Positions 39,925-53,132 of a DNA stretch of 64,000 bases are shown here, one piece after another. Position 1 is the first letter of the stretch; every line of letters begins with the position of its first letter. The notes under the pieces are model-generated. The model ran no database searches, was not told the DNA's origin, and was given only the letters and a program-made list of their open reading frames with translations. The position numbers and the translations under genes were made by a program. This DNA is from the human T2T-CHM13v2.0 reference genome, Homo sapiens: assembly GCF_009914755.1 (NCBI RefSeq), contig NC_060936.1; one strand, given 5' to 3'.

Positions 39925-41149
39925 GACAAAGTACATTCTCGATAGATGTTTTGCTACCTAGCAAGATCAGAGTAAAGGCTGTAAAATAAAGTTTCTCAAT
40001 TTTTAATTTTGGGGTCTTTTTAATTAAATGTGTGCACAGTTTAAACCGTGAGTTTTTATATATATTGTATTTTTGCTTTATTAAGTACCTTTCTTTGACA
40101 AATATTTTTGCAAAATAAAACTCAGTAAATAATGTCATTTATGTTTGTTTTGAATGATTTGACAAACTTAGGTGCTGTAAAATTGTAAGGCTTCTTAATT
40201 TCGATCCTTTCCTTTACAGAATACAAATTTATCAAATTAAAAATAGGAATGCAATCAAAAGAAACTTCTACAAGTGGAAATATTTTAAGGGGCAATTACA
40301 AAAATAAATCTTAAACACTGTGTAAGCGCTCTTCATCTAATTTGTTCCATTCCTCCCTTACTTTTGTGGGCATACATTTCAACGTTTTCCTGTTTGCATG
40401 TTTATTTTAACAGGAACTTTGATTCAATAAGAGATTTAAAAGCTAGTCATTTGGTACTCTATTTGTAAATACTTTGATTCAATAAATCAAAGAAATTTTA
40501 AAAAATGCAAACAAAATTAGACTTATATGCCAAAAGAAGTTAAAAATCTTTGTAGTACACATATGTTGATTTACAAAGTAGATTTCAAAGGTTCACATAT
40601 GTTTAAAATCAATTCATAAAAGAAGGCTATGTCACAAAGTCTGCAATGTTGAAGTATTCTTTTGTATTCAACATCAACTTCATTACAAAAAATTATTTTC
40701 ATCATGTAGGTACAAAAATAGTTGTATATATTGGCACTTCAACTTCTCTTTCAATGGGTGTAATATTATAGCTAGCTTCTACCCAATTATAAATTAGGGA
40801 TTCATTACAACAAATTCCAAGTACATTTCCATTTCTCAGATTTTCTTAATTAGTAGGATCCTTCATTTGTCTCCCTACTTTGCTCTACCAAATATCATAT
40901 TCAGACCATCACTTCAAATAAATTATCTTGAATTTTGAATGTTAAATTAGTTGATATTAATGTTCAAAATAATGTCATATGTTTCACCTTTTACCTAATG
41001 AATTTTCTAAACCTTTATATAGAATACATAAATTGGATTAAATAATATCATCTTTATCTGAATTAACTTTCTTGATATTCTAGTTGAAATATCTGATGAC
41101 ACCAATATGAAATTTGTATTATTTCGGTATTTGGGAAAATTTCCTACTT

Positions 41150-41490
41150 AGTGTATGTGTATGTGTTTTGTTGTTTTGTTGTTGTTGCTGCCGTTGTTGC
41201 TGTTTTTGAGACAGGCTTGCTCTGTTGCCCAGGCTGGAGTACAGGGGCATTATCTCAGCTCACTGCAACCTACGCCTCGTGGGTTCAAGCGATTACCTTC
41301 CCAACCTCCTGAGTAGCTAGCTGAGCTTACTGGTGCCCGCCACGGCACCCTACTAATTTTTGTATTTTTAGAAAAGGCAGGGTTTCACCATGTTGGCCAG
41401 CCTGTGTCTCGAACTCCTGTCCTCAAGTGATCCGCCCACCTCAGCCTCCCAAAGTGCTGGGATTACAGGAGTGAGCCACTATGCCTGACC
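41150..41490 (-). mobile_element. Alu (AluSx/Sz-like) whose tail has become a TG/TTG/CTG microsatellite
   Basis: Antisense Alu body 41208-41490; TSD aaaattt(t)cctact at ~41136-48 and ~41492-505. Confidence 0.95.
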
Positions 41491-42482
41491 TAAAATTTTC
41501 CTACTGTTAATGGCACAAACATAACAGCTTTTGCTTCACTTTTCATATATGAACAAGACAATTGGAATTAAAAGCAAGCAATTTGATCTAAATGCAAAAT
41601 CAACCTTTACGAAGTAGATTACAAATATACCTGCTAAAGTTGTCTGGCTTCTTATGACTCTCAGATTTTGAAATAAATGCTGAATTTTGCAGCAGTTTCT
41701 GGGCTTCATCTGTTCAGTACTATCATTAGGCTACCATAGTAAATGGTCAGTATTATCAGTGTGTATAAGTTGTTTATGATAAACTTTCCCATTGATTCCA
41801 CTAACTTGTGACACACTGATCAAGTACATCTCACAGGATGCAGCAAAGGCCATAGTAAGAGTGATCAAAACATTGTAGTGGCAGCAGGGCCAAGAACTCC
41901 CAATCTTACCTCTACTGGAAGGAGTTAGTTGTATCTAGACACTTAATTCTGAATTAACTTTATTTATCAGTTAGAACTCTGCACACTGTCCTTGAAAGGG
42001 AGGTGTTAGTGATCTCACTTTTCTCTAACTTAGAAAAGAAGGAGCTTATCTCTGGTCAGCTCTGATTTACCTTGCTAAAATAAGAACTATATGTAGCACA
42101 TGCATCTTACACCAGTAGGTCAGACCATGACCAAAGCAGAATGTACAAAATGTTGGTCTACATAACACATTCTGTTTTATTTTAATACAACTAACATAAT
42201 ATTGTATTAAAATAAACACTCTGGGACAGATGCTAAAGCCTATGAAATCTTGGGACCCCAGGTGTACAGTGTAAGACGTCTTTAAGGTACCTATAGTTAT
42301 GTGTAAGTTGTCATACACGTAATTATTTATTAAAGAATAAAACTTGCAAGATAAAGATTTTTACAGACCAAAATGCAGCGCACTTTTCCCTATCAATCTC
42401 TTTTATGGCTACTATGGAGAAACCTAAGCAGAGCATATTGCAAGTCGGATAATTCTAGGTGGATGGTAGAGTAACTGGAAGA

Positions 42483-43087
42483 TGTATTAGTGAGAATTCT
42501 CCAAAGAGACAGAACCAATGGGAGATTTAGATAGATTAGATATAGATAAAGATATAGATATAGATAATATATGAAAGGGGATTTATAGGGGAATAAGCTG
42601 ATGTGATTACGGAGACTGAGAAGTCCCACAACAGGCTGTCTGTAAACTATAGAACAAGGGAAGTCAATTGCACGAATCAGTCCAAGACCAAAAGCCTTAG
42701 AACCAGGGAAGCCAATGATGAAACTCTCAGTCCAAAACCAAATGCCTGAGAACCCAGGGCAGGGGGCAGTGGGGTGGGTGGCACTGGTGTAAATCTTAGG
42801 GTTTGAACCTGGAGACGCTGGAGTTCTGACACCCAAGGGCAGGAGAAGATGAATGCCCTGGCTCTGAGGGACATGTAAATTTTGTATTCCTCTGCCTTTT
42901 TATTCTATCAGTCCTCCAGCTGATGAGATGGTGTCTGCTCACATGGAGGGCGGATCTTTCCCCTCCAGTCCATTGACTTACACTCCAATTTCTTCTTTGA
43001 AACATCCTCACAAACACACAGAAGCTTTGCCAGATCTCTAGATATTCCTTAATCCAGTCAAGTTGACACCTAAAATAAACCATCACA
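42483..43087 (-). mobile_element. MLT2B-like ERVL solo LTR, full length
   Basis: tgtattagt...caagttgacacctaaaataaaccatcaca; internal (AGAT/ATAG)n; perfect 5-bp TSD GAAGA at 42478-82 and 43088-92. Confidence 0.92.
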
Positions 43088-43394
43088 GAAGAATAGTTAT
43101 CATTCATTATTTTTTTCCATTGGCTAATAAATGCCATGCTACCATATTCTGTTCAAATTGATAACAAATTAATAGCTAATTTGATATATAATTTGCCAGA
43201 TTAGTTTTGTGAATGGTAATTAAATGATTCTTTGGTCTCCAAGTGGAGTTGGCAACTTTTCCATTGATTTAATACTTGGTGTTCAATTCTCCAAACATAT
43301 GTCACTTGGGGAAATTCTACAGTATAATACCTTGACTATTATCTCTAGTGCCATTGATTGGTCGGGTTAGTAAAACTGAAAACTGATATCCTGA

Positions 43395-43719
<325 letters not shown>

Positions 43720-44729
43720 TGGACACCTCTTTTAACCTGAATGTGTGTTTTGTAAAATAGACATACATCAAGAAATTATTATCTTCTAATGGAATGACTC
43801 AACTACCAACTATGATTTTTCTCCCTTTGACCTGAACAATTTTAATTGTAACAAAGTGTTTTGGGGCCCATAATAATTGCTCCTATAGTGTTCCCAATAG
43901 TGAAACTAATAAAAATCATAGTCTTATATTATTTTGTTTTTTGTAGGAATACCAAAACTTATTCACCAAATAGGCAACTGTTGGTAATACAGTGAGATCG
44001 TTTTCACATTTTCATATAATCACTCCTTATTACTCTCATTTCCTCAGGCCGGTCCCCTCCATATACTCCCTATTAAATTTAATTTAAGAAATTAAACTAA
44101 AACATGTTTTGCAACTTCTTTTATTTTTCTAAAGGATTTTCATTTCATGGTTGTCATTGTGACATGACAGAATTCAACTGTGAATAATTGAACATTTCAT
44201 GTTATAATAGTGGCAGTAATATCAGCTGATCACCACACAATCATTTGTTATATATAATCTTACATAATTATATTTGTTCAATATAATCTAGTTAAGATGG
44301 GAGAACTAATTCACAAACTTGGTCAATAACTGTATTTTACAGCAATCTAGAAAACTGGCTAGAACCAATAATTTTTAAAATTATAAATTTAAATCTCATA
44401 TATTTTAAATAAAGTTTTCTATAATCTTATTCAACATCTAAATTATTAAAGCTTTCTGTTGAAATTGCTGGAGGAGTCATGCAGTAACGATTTACTGGGA
44501 AACTTCAGGGAAATGGGCAGGCCTAGAATCTTCCTTGGGTTAATGTTCCGATTACTGCATTAACTTCTTTCACTTAAGTCACACCAACACCACAGTTCTA
44601 AATCATGAAGTGAAGAGTTGGCTCTGCTCAACAAGGTACATTCCAGTATAACATTTATTAACTCAGGCCTGAAAGAGGAATCGATGTACATCTGAAGAAA
44701 TTCTTAAAGTTTTAATGTGTTTATTCATT

Positions 44730-45388
44730 TGGCATAATTCTTCTTTATCTGGCTAATTTCTTCTCAACCTCCAGGTCTTATGTAAAATCCCTTCACCTTA
44801 TCCATCACACCCAAATGAGATTCCTCATGTGTCTCCTATATGCTGCCATAGCATCCTGTACTTACTCCCATCACAGAATGTATTGGTTTCTGTTAATTAC
44901 ATATTTCCTTATACGTGGCTCTATTAGTCCATTTTCACACTGCTGTAAAGAACTACCTGAGACTGGGTAATTTGTAAAGAAAAAAGGTTTAGTTGACTCC
45001 CAGTTTCACATGGCTGGGAAGGCCTCAGGAAACTTACAATCACGGCGGGAAGCAAAGCATGTCTTACATGGTGGCAGGAGAGAGAGAGAGCCAGGAGGGA
45101 ACTGCCAAATAGTTTTAAAACATCAGACCTTGTGAGAACTCATTCACTATCACAAGAACAGCATGAGAGAAACGGTCCCCATGATCCAATCACTTCCCAC
45201 CATGGCCCTCCCTCGACACATGGGGATTACAAATTCAAGATGAGTGAGATTTGGATGGGCACACAGAGCCAAACCACCATATCAGTGGCCTTGAAAGTGG
45301 AACTCTGTCTTATTCACATTGTATCTCCAACATCTTCCCTAGTGTTCAGCATTAATACATGTACAATAAATATGTTGAATGAATGAAA
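44730..45388 (+). mobile_element. L2 3' region, interrupted by THE1D
   Basis: tgtcttattcacattgtatctccaac...caataaatatgttgaatgaatgaa. Confidence 0.75.
44920..45284 (-). mobile_element. THE1D-like MaLR solo LTR, full length
   Basis: tctattagtccattttcacactgct...cacagagccaaaccaccatatca; perfect TSD GTGGC at 44915-19 and 45285-89. Confidence 0.93.
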
Positions 45389-45587
45389 TATTAGTCTGTA
45401 TTTGTAAAATCATTTTAAACTTCTACTTTAGAATAAGTACCAAGCACAATCCAAGTAAAGTGAGGAATTCTGCATTAAATACAAATGACAAATTTGAATG
45501 TTACTCCTATATAGTAAAATAAAGTTAGTAAGTGCTGCCACTCAATTATGTTTTTCTTTAATTTAATTTTTATTTTTGTTGTTTTCA

Positions 45588-45907
<320 letters not shown>

Positions 45908-47199
45908 TGTTGTTTTCTTTTTATTGAATATATGTGAAGAAGATAAGTGGTCAAAAATTTTGTCACTTAGTCATAGATGGAGTGGAGGCTTACTTACGGT
46001 ATTTCAAATGAATGCATTTATTATTTAAAATGACTTGAATTTATTTTCAATTAGGAGAATTAAATGCATGCCTGCAATGATATATATATATCCTGTTTGA
46101 AGAATGAACTAAAAATGTTAGAAGTACATAGCAGCATATTTACTTGCTTAATTGTTCTTGCCTTCTGAATAATAAAGATGACTAGAAGAATATATAAAAT
46201 AAGAATGCAAATTAATGCTATTTGTCTTTGTGGTGACATAAAGAATGCATAAGTCATTGACTGTAACCTAATCTAAAAATATATTCACTAAAGAAGGGTG
46301 TGGAGGAGATGTGCTATGAACCTAACTAACTATATATTTTGTTTAATTGTATGTTTTCTCAAAATGTTTTTAAAAATGTACTTTTTCAACATATAAAAGG
46401 TGACAAGGAACCACAATTCTCCTACCTCCATTTATATTGAAGTGCATTTTTTATAGATCAAAGGTCAAATTCACTGGCATGCCTGGCAGAGGAAATGAAA
46501 AGCAAGTTCCAAGAAAACCATTTAGGAATGTTAAGTGCTTCGGGACATACAGTGTGTCCAAAGGAATTTCCTAACAAGGTTCAGAGTACAGTGACAAAGG
46601 ATGGCACAACACAAATAAAGTGAATTTAATCGAAAGTATTCTTGAAGGAATACTCCTTTCCTTGATGCAATAATCTTATATACAGAGTTATATACATTTC
46701 TTTTTCAACTCAGAACAAATTAAATGATATTTTACTTAGAAGCTATACTTAGTCTATACCCACTTTTCTGGGGCTCTAATCAGTCATATAATTGACCAAT
46801 ATTTGAAAAAGCTTGTAGTATCATAAATCAGGTATAGTTTTGAGCTGTCTTGTTAACTGAACACAGAAAGACTTGCTATCAAATAATACTTAGAAATTTT
46901 GCTTTGCAATTGTGGGATAAGAAATTATGCAATTTCTATTATTTTTAAAATGTAAAGTTATTATTTTAGTAGACTGTGTAGAATGTCTTATTACTGACCT
47001 AGTTTAAGCTCTATAAGTCATTTTAAGTTTATTAATTAATAAACGTGTACTTCTGCAATCTTTAAGAAATGGAACATGCAAATAGAAGCTAAAGACTTTT
47101 CACTCCTGACCACCCAAATATATTCATCTAACACAGATGGATATATTGAAGTATATATTAATTTCTATTGCAAAATAAACACATTCACTTGCTTTTGAG

Positions 47200-47350
47200 A
47201 TAAACTACTGTACAGGAGAAAGAGAATGAGCTTGAGAACCAATTCCTAGGTTTGAATGGCAGTCCCCCAATTTACTAGCTGTGTGCCCTTGAACAGATAA
47301 TAAAATACTCTTCTCTAAAAATTGTCTATCTGGCAATGAGGATAAAACAA
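47200..47350 (+). mobile_element. MIR fragment
   Basis: cctaggtttgaat...atttactagctgtgtgcccttgaaca. Confidence 0.65.
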
Positions 47351-47499
47351 ATCAACCAATATATAGCAAGAGTTGACATTTAATTTTTAATCTCTATTTC
47401 CTTTCATATGTAAAACACTGTAATATAAATGTATATTAATGAAACATTAAAGAAGAGTATTATAAATTTTAGCATTGTCAAATTTTCAGACTTTTATGA

Positions 47500-47630
47500 C
47501 TCCAACTGTATCCTTACATATATGACAATACAGACCTAGGATAGTTAAATAACTTGGCCAAGGTTACAAGTAGTCGAACTAGAAATAAAGCTTGTTTCTC
47601 TAAACCTAAAGTCCAGTATTTTTTCCCAGT
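47500..47630 (-). mobile_element. MIR fragment
   Basis: gttaaataacttggccaaggttaca...aaagtccagt. Confidence 0.6.
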
Positions 47631-48919
47631 TGCACCTTCTTTGGAAGTTGCATTGTCTTTATAAAATTCTTGTGTGCAGCTTCCAGGTTAAGTAATTAGT
47701 CTACCAAAAAACACTGCTTTAGAAATGCTGTTTCTAATATAAATAAAATATTATGTCTAGTTCTCTCACTGGTTTACCTAGCAACCAGTTATAGTCAAAA
47801 TATTTATATTTATTTCCAACCATTTCTTCTTCTGTAATATAGAAACAAAAAGACTGGCTATAATAAAGATTCATAAAGATTTGATTTTAGAGTTATGCAT
47901 TCACATGCATCCACAGCATGGTAATGATTGAAAAAAATGAAAAAAAGAATAAGTGAGATTCAAGCTGGAAATTACAAAATACCAATGAACTGGAAAAAGA
48001 CACATTAAGGAAGTTCTTTTAGATAAGACAGCAAAAAGTAAAACAAAGTATTATGTAAGCAACCTACAATATTTTTTTTCTGAAAATCTAAAAGGCATTG
48101 ACAGAATAACAACATAAACTCTCATCATGTGAAATCTAGTTTGGACATACTGCTCTGGGACATTCATTTGAATGTTAAACATTAGTGAGGGAAAGAAGAA
48201 TAGAGAAGGAAGTCTTTTCATTTTTCATTCTGTTTATAGATAAATTTAATTTTCTTCAGGCTGAGCGGTAGGATCTAAGAGAACTTTCCTCAAATCAGAA
48301 AGCCAATTATATTAGTTGGCAAACACAAAAAAGATTCCATGGCAGGTATTTCTTGGCATGAGACTGCATCAGTTTTTCATTTGTAGAACTCCCTTCAAGA
48401 CATAATTTTCTTGAAATGTAGCGCCTTCCGTAATATTTATGTAAAAATCATCAATGTAGTCAAAATATTTAAGATTGAAAAAGGATACAGAGTCAATCAT
48501 AAGAGGCAAAAGTGTTCAAAGAGGAATATATTACAAAACATAAAATGCATTCCATTTCTCTAAGTTTTGGGATTTAAAGTTGAGCTCTAAACATATGCAC
48601 TTATATGGTAATTAAATACGAATTTTAATTCACTAGGATGGTTAGAAATACATGTGTGCTATTCCAGATGAGAACTCTCAGTCATGTTTAAAAAGTGGGA
48701 ATAAATGCAATATAGCTTCCCTAAAAGAAAGTGGTAATAACAAAGTTTTGAGGTCTAAAATTGTAATTATAAATAAGTGCAGGATAACAAGTTTACTCGT
48801 TTTTCATGTTACTTTGAACAACTACTTCCTGTCTAATTATATGAATTTGGAAAGGTCTTTTGTAATCCAACACTAATGTGTTGCCACTATAATATGAATT
48901 TTTCAAAAAGTAGTAATTA

Positions 48920-49226
48920 GGCCGGGCACGATGGCTCATGCCTGTAATCCCAGCACTTTGCGGGGCCGAGGCAGGTGGATCACGAGGTCAGGAGATCAAG
49001 ACCATTCTGCCCAACATGTTGAAACCCTGTCTCTACTAAAAATACAAAACAAAATTAGCTGGGCGTGGTGTCGTGTGCCTGTAATCTCAACTACTCAGGA
49101 GGCTGAGGCACGAGAATTGCTTAAACCAGGGAGTCGGAGGTTGCAGTGAGGCGAGATTGCACCACTGCTCTCCAGGCTGGCCAAAGAGTGAGACTCCATC
49201 TCAAAAAAAAAAAAAAAAAAAAAAAA
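48920..49226 (+). mobile_element. Alu (AluSc-like), full length, A24 tail
   Basis: ggccgggcacg...ggatcacgaggtcaggagatcaagacc; TSD approximately aaaaagta(g/a)t(a/t)atta. Confidence 0.96.
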
Positions 49227-49254
49227 GTAATTATTATGAAATGTATCCTCTACT

Positions 49255-49456
49255 ATTTCCCAGGCTTTTTTTTTCATTTATCTAATTTTAATCATCAAAA
49301 CAACCCTATGAGGTTGGTATGATTTTTACATTTTATGTTTTATAAAGAAAGAAATTGAAGCTCAGTGGTGAGTGAATTACTTGCAGAAAATAACAAAGCT
49401 AGAATGAAAGCGACGTCTGTTGTTTGCATTGTAAGTTCACTCTTTCCACTATTATG
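49255..49456 (-). mobile_element. MIR
   Basis: atcatcaaaacaaccctatgaggttggtat...gaaattgaagctcag...ctctttccacta. Confidence 0.75.
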
Positions 49457-50444
49457 TTTTAAATACTTCCATTGAATTCTTATTTAAAAAATAGTTTAAG
49501 AGGGCAGAGATTACTTCCTCTATTTCAGAGGATTTTATTATAAAGACTACTTTGCTAGAAGTTACATTCCTGAAAAGAGAACAGAGATATTACCTCTGTT
49601 GCAAGTACATTAGCAAGTGTAATTACTGCTATGTTTCGTATAGGGTAAGTATATAGTTTCCATTCAATATTATTCTCATTCTCTTTTCTTCATATTAGGT
49701 AATTTTGTTTTAATAAAATCTCAGAATCTTGGAGCTGAAAGATGTCAAAATTCACCAAAGCAATAGGGGAATCCACTTCTTTCTGCCTTAGCTTATTTAT
49801 CTGAAAAAGGAGAATAGAATGCTTACATAACAGGATTTTAGAATGATTGAGTTGTATATTAACATATCCAGAATAATTCCTATTATGTAATGTACACTTC
49901 AGAAAGATATTTTTATCTAGGTTGGAAATATAAATAACTTTCTCAGAGTTCAGTTAAGATTTAAAATAATGCAGAACAAATAAATTTAAAAAGTAATTTG
50001 GCTCTCTGATAAATCAATGAGTTATAGAGATCTAACGTTGGTACTTCAAATGTTATGTAAATGTATTTCTACTGATAATTATTATTAATTGGTCCAAGGC
50101 TTATGATGAAAAAATATGGATCTTATGAACCTTATGTTTCCAGAACTAAACCCTTGTTTGGCTATTTACCAGAACTCGGGAAGTGTTTTAATACACAGAA
50201 GGTTCTTCATTGTATTAGTTATATTGATGTGAACTGAATGGCCTTAATAAAAATGATTGTTTTATAATAATATACTTAAAATTTCACGGCATAAAAAGTT
50301 TGCATTATTGAAAAATACAAAAGAGAAGTGATCAAAAATAAAACCACATACAAGTTTAAACTATAGAAAAGGAGATTTTGAAAGCGAGTCCTAATCAAAT
50401 AGGTGCTTTTAAAGCTAATTCTGGATATTTATATTATATTTGTC

Positions 50445-50737
50445 TCAAGCCTGTAATCCCAGCACTTTGGGAGGCCAAGGAGGGTGGGTTGCTTGAGGCC
50501 AGGAGTTAGACCAGCCTGGCCAACATGATAAAACCCCATCTCTACCAAAAGAAAAAAAAATACAAAAATTAGCTGGACATGGTGGCATGCATCTGTGATC
50601 CCAGCTACTCGGAAGGCTGAGGAACAATAATCACTTGAACCCAGGAGGCAGAGGCTGCAGTGAGCTGAGATCCTGACACTGCATTCCAGCCTGTGCAACC
50701 GAGCAACTCTGTCTCAAAATAAATAAATAAACAAGAA
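50445..50737 (+). mobile_element. Alu (AluJ/old S), slightly 5'-truncated
   Basis: ttgcttgaggccaggagt and gaggctgcagtgagc; perfect TSD ATTATATTTGTC at 50433-44 and 50738-49. Confidence 0.95.
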
Positions 50738-51739
50738 ATTATATTTGTCCTTTTACACAACTATAAATTGTAAAACCTCCAATGAAACAACTATTTGCCA
50801 TCTTTTTCTTTATTTCTGATCTTAAAATATATGTCCAAGAGTAATAAATATAATAAAAGTAGCAAAAGTCCCATAATTAATGATAGAGAATTAGACGTAT
50901 GAGATGAGGAAGATTAGTCAAAGGCAGATTAGTTGCCTCAATGTGTAATATCATAAGGGTGTCCAGAATTATCTATCCTAAGAAATTATTTCTCTTAATA
51001 TTTTTAAAAAGCCATGTGTGTTTAGCGATGGGAAAAGAGAGGAAAATTTAAATATGTATTTGTTTGCTCCAGGTTTCTCACACAGCTGACTTAATGAGGC
51101 AAATCATTTGACATCATGATAGGAAGGCAGAAAGTGGAGTGTCCATGCCTCCTTCCCAAGGCACACGGTCCTGGGATGTTAACAGTTTTCTCCTCCAGGT
51201 ATTCCAACCAAGAATCACCAAGGGAACTTGGCTTTCCCAAAAGCCCCTCGTGAAGTTCTCTTAAAATAAATAACCTGGCCTCATTGCCTGACTTGAGCAG
51301 TGCCTGTATCGGTTGATTTTAGACACATTAATTTTTCCCAAAAAAAATCTTTTCAACAGTTTTGTATAATACAAAATATTTATTGTGCATTTTATATATT
51401 ATATTCTGTTTTACAAACTAGATTATATTCGGTGCAGATGGTATTTTTATCCTTCTATTTGTATTTTTATTCTTCTTGAATAGCACCAGCCAATGTAAAG
51501 AAGAGAACTTCTCTACTACCTGAGTTCACAAAAGGGAAGACAAGGTGTCTTTTTTCCTTTGGAAAAATGTAAAAACATTTTCCTTTATTCTCCAGAAAGA
51601 AGTCTTCTATTTATCTCCCCATTTGTGATTGTAGATATAAAAGTTGGCATCTCATGATAACTCAGCAGAATAGGTTAAAACTACCCCCAACAAAAGCATC
51701 AACTAATAAATAAGAGAATAAATTTATATAAGTAAAGGT

Positions 51740-51930
51740 TACCCATGTAAAAACTGAATATAATATGTAGTTACGTTAGTAGCATTGTGCCAATCTCCTA
51801 GTTTTGATCATTGTATTATTGTTATGTAAGATATTGTCATTGAGGAAAACTAGGTGAAGGACACATGGAACTCTGTACTATTTTGTACTTACATGTAGAG
51901 TTTACAATTATTTTGAAATACAAAGTTTTT
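51740..51930 (+). mobile_element. Old L1 3' terminus (L1MC-like)
   Basis: gttatgtaagatattgtcattgaggaaaactaggtgaaggacacatggaactctgtactattttg. Confidence 0.8.
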
Positions 51931-52959
51931 GTTTTCAAAGCTAATGTAATACAGTGATAACATACGTAAAATTAAAATATTTTACTCCTAGGAAGACTCA
52001 GTCCACATATTGAGATATCAGATCATAAATCACCATTCACCATAATATTCATGATTTTCAACACATATGTCTTTCTGTTATAGCCAAACTTCTCGATCAA
52101 TGCTGTCACTAAGTGAGCTTGACATAGGAGAGAAATGACTCTACCTGGGAAACTGCTTAAGTAATCTTTTGTGCTTAGTTCTAAAAAATAACCAGGTGGT
52201 CCAGAATATCTTTCTGAAATATTTTGGGGATTGCAGCACCATTGTGTTTTCTTAACTAAGCTCTCTGATCCTTGTTTCATTATTCTGGTTCTGAAATACA
52301 CCTAATTACCTCTAACTCCCATCGAGAAGTCATCAAAAGGATTCCAGATTTTCATTTATTTTCAAAACACTTTTATCAATGTAAGTGCCAAGAACAAGAG
52401 TCATTGTAAAGATCATCTGAGATAATATATGTTAAAATACTTTATATACTCTAAAGTAAAACATATATTAAGGTGCGGCAATTATTTTTGTATGAAGCCT
52501 CAATATCTTCCTCAGAATGAATTACGAATGTGATAGAATGAAGTGTCTGTTCTCTTACATTTTGTAGACAAGGTTTTACAGTGCCTAAATGAATTTAGAC
52601 AATCCTCAACCTGCATAACTCTTGTTTTTCTATGAAAACAGGAATAAAGAATCTGAGATTACTGTGAAGACAATATTACATAATTATGTTAAAGTATCTA
52701 CGACAATTGTTAACACATACAATGTGCTTAATTACGAGTTTCATTCCCCACCCTCCCTACAAAAAGCTCTCATTTGACAATGACTCCAATATTCCTTAAG
52801 AAATGTATCCTGTACATTATTATGCTCCAGTTTTTGAAAACTGATTCATTCAGAGATGTGTTGACTATTTCTGCCTTGACTGCCCAAGTATTAATAGGAG
52901 CCTTGAAGCCCAGGCAATGAAACTATGAGCAGCTCAGCAAATATTCTGTTATTATAGTT

Positions 52960-53132
52960 ACACAGTAATGCATTATATTGATTCGAACTTTTACTATCCT
53001 GAATTATTAGCATAACTTTATTGTGTGACAAAACTCTACTAGACTGTATTAGCTTCTGATTTTCTCAGTTCTTAGCACAGTACATGACACAAAATTCTCA
53101 GTGAAAGTTTGTGAGATGAATGAATGAATGAA
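52960..53132 (+). mobile_element. L2 3' end
   Basis: cttagcacagtacatgacacaaaattctcagtgaaagtttgtgagatgaatgaatgaatgaa. Confidence 0.7.

Noticed and set aside
42393-43137. 147-aa and 113-aa minus-strand ORFs
   Set aside because: They lie almost wholly within the MLT2 LTR; the YLYL run comes from its simple repeat.
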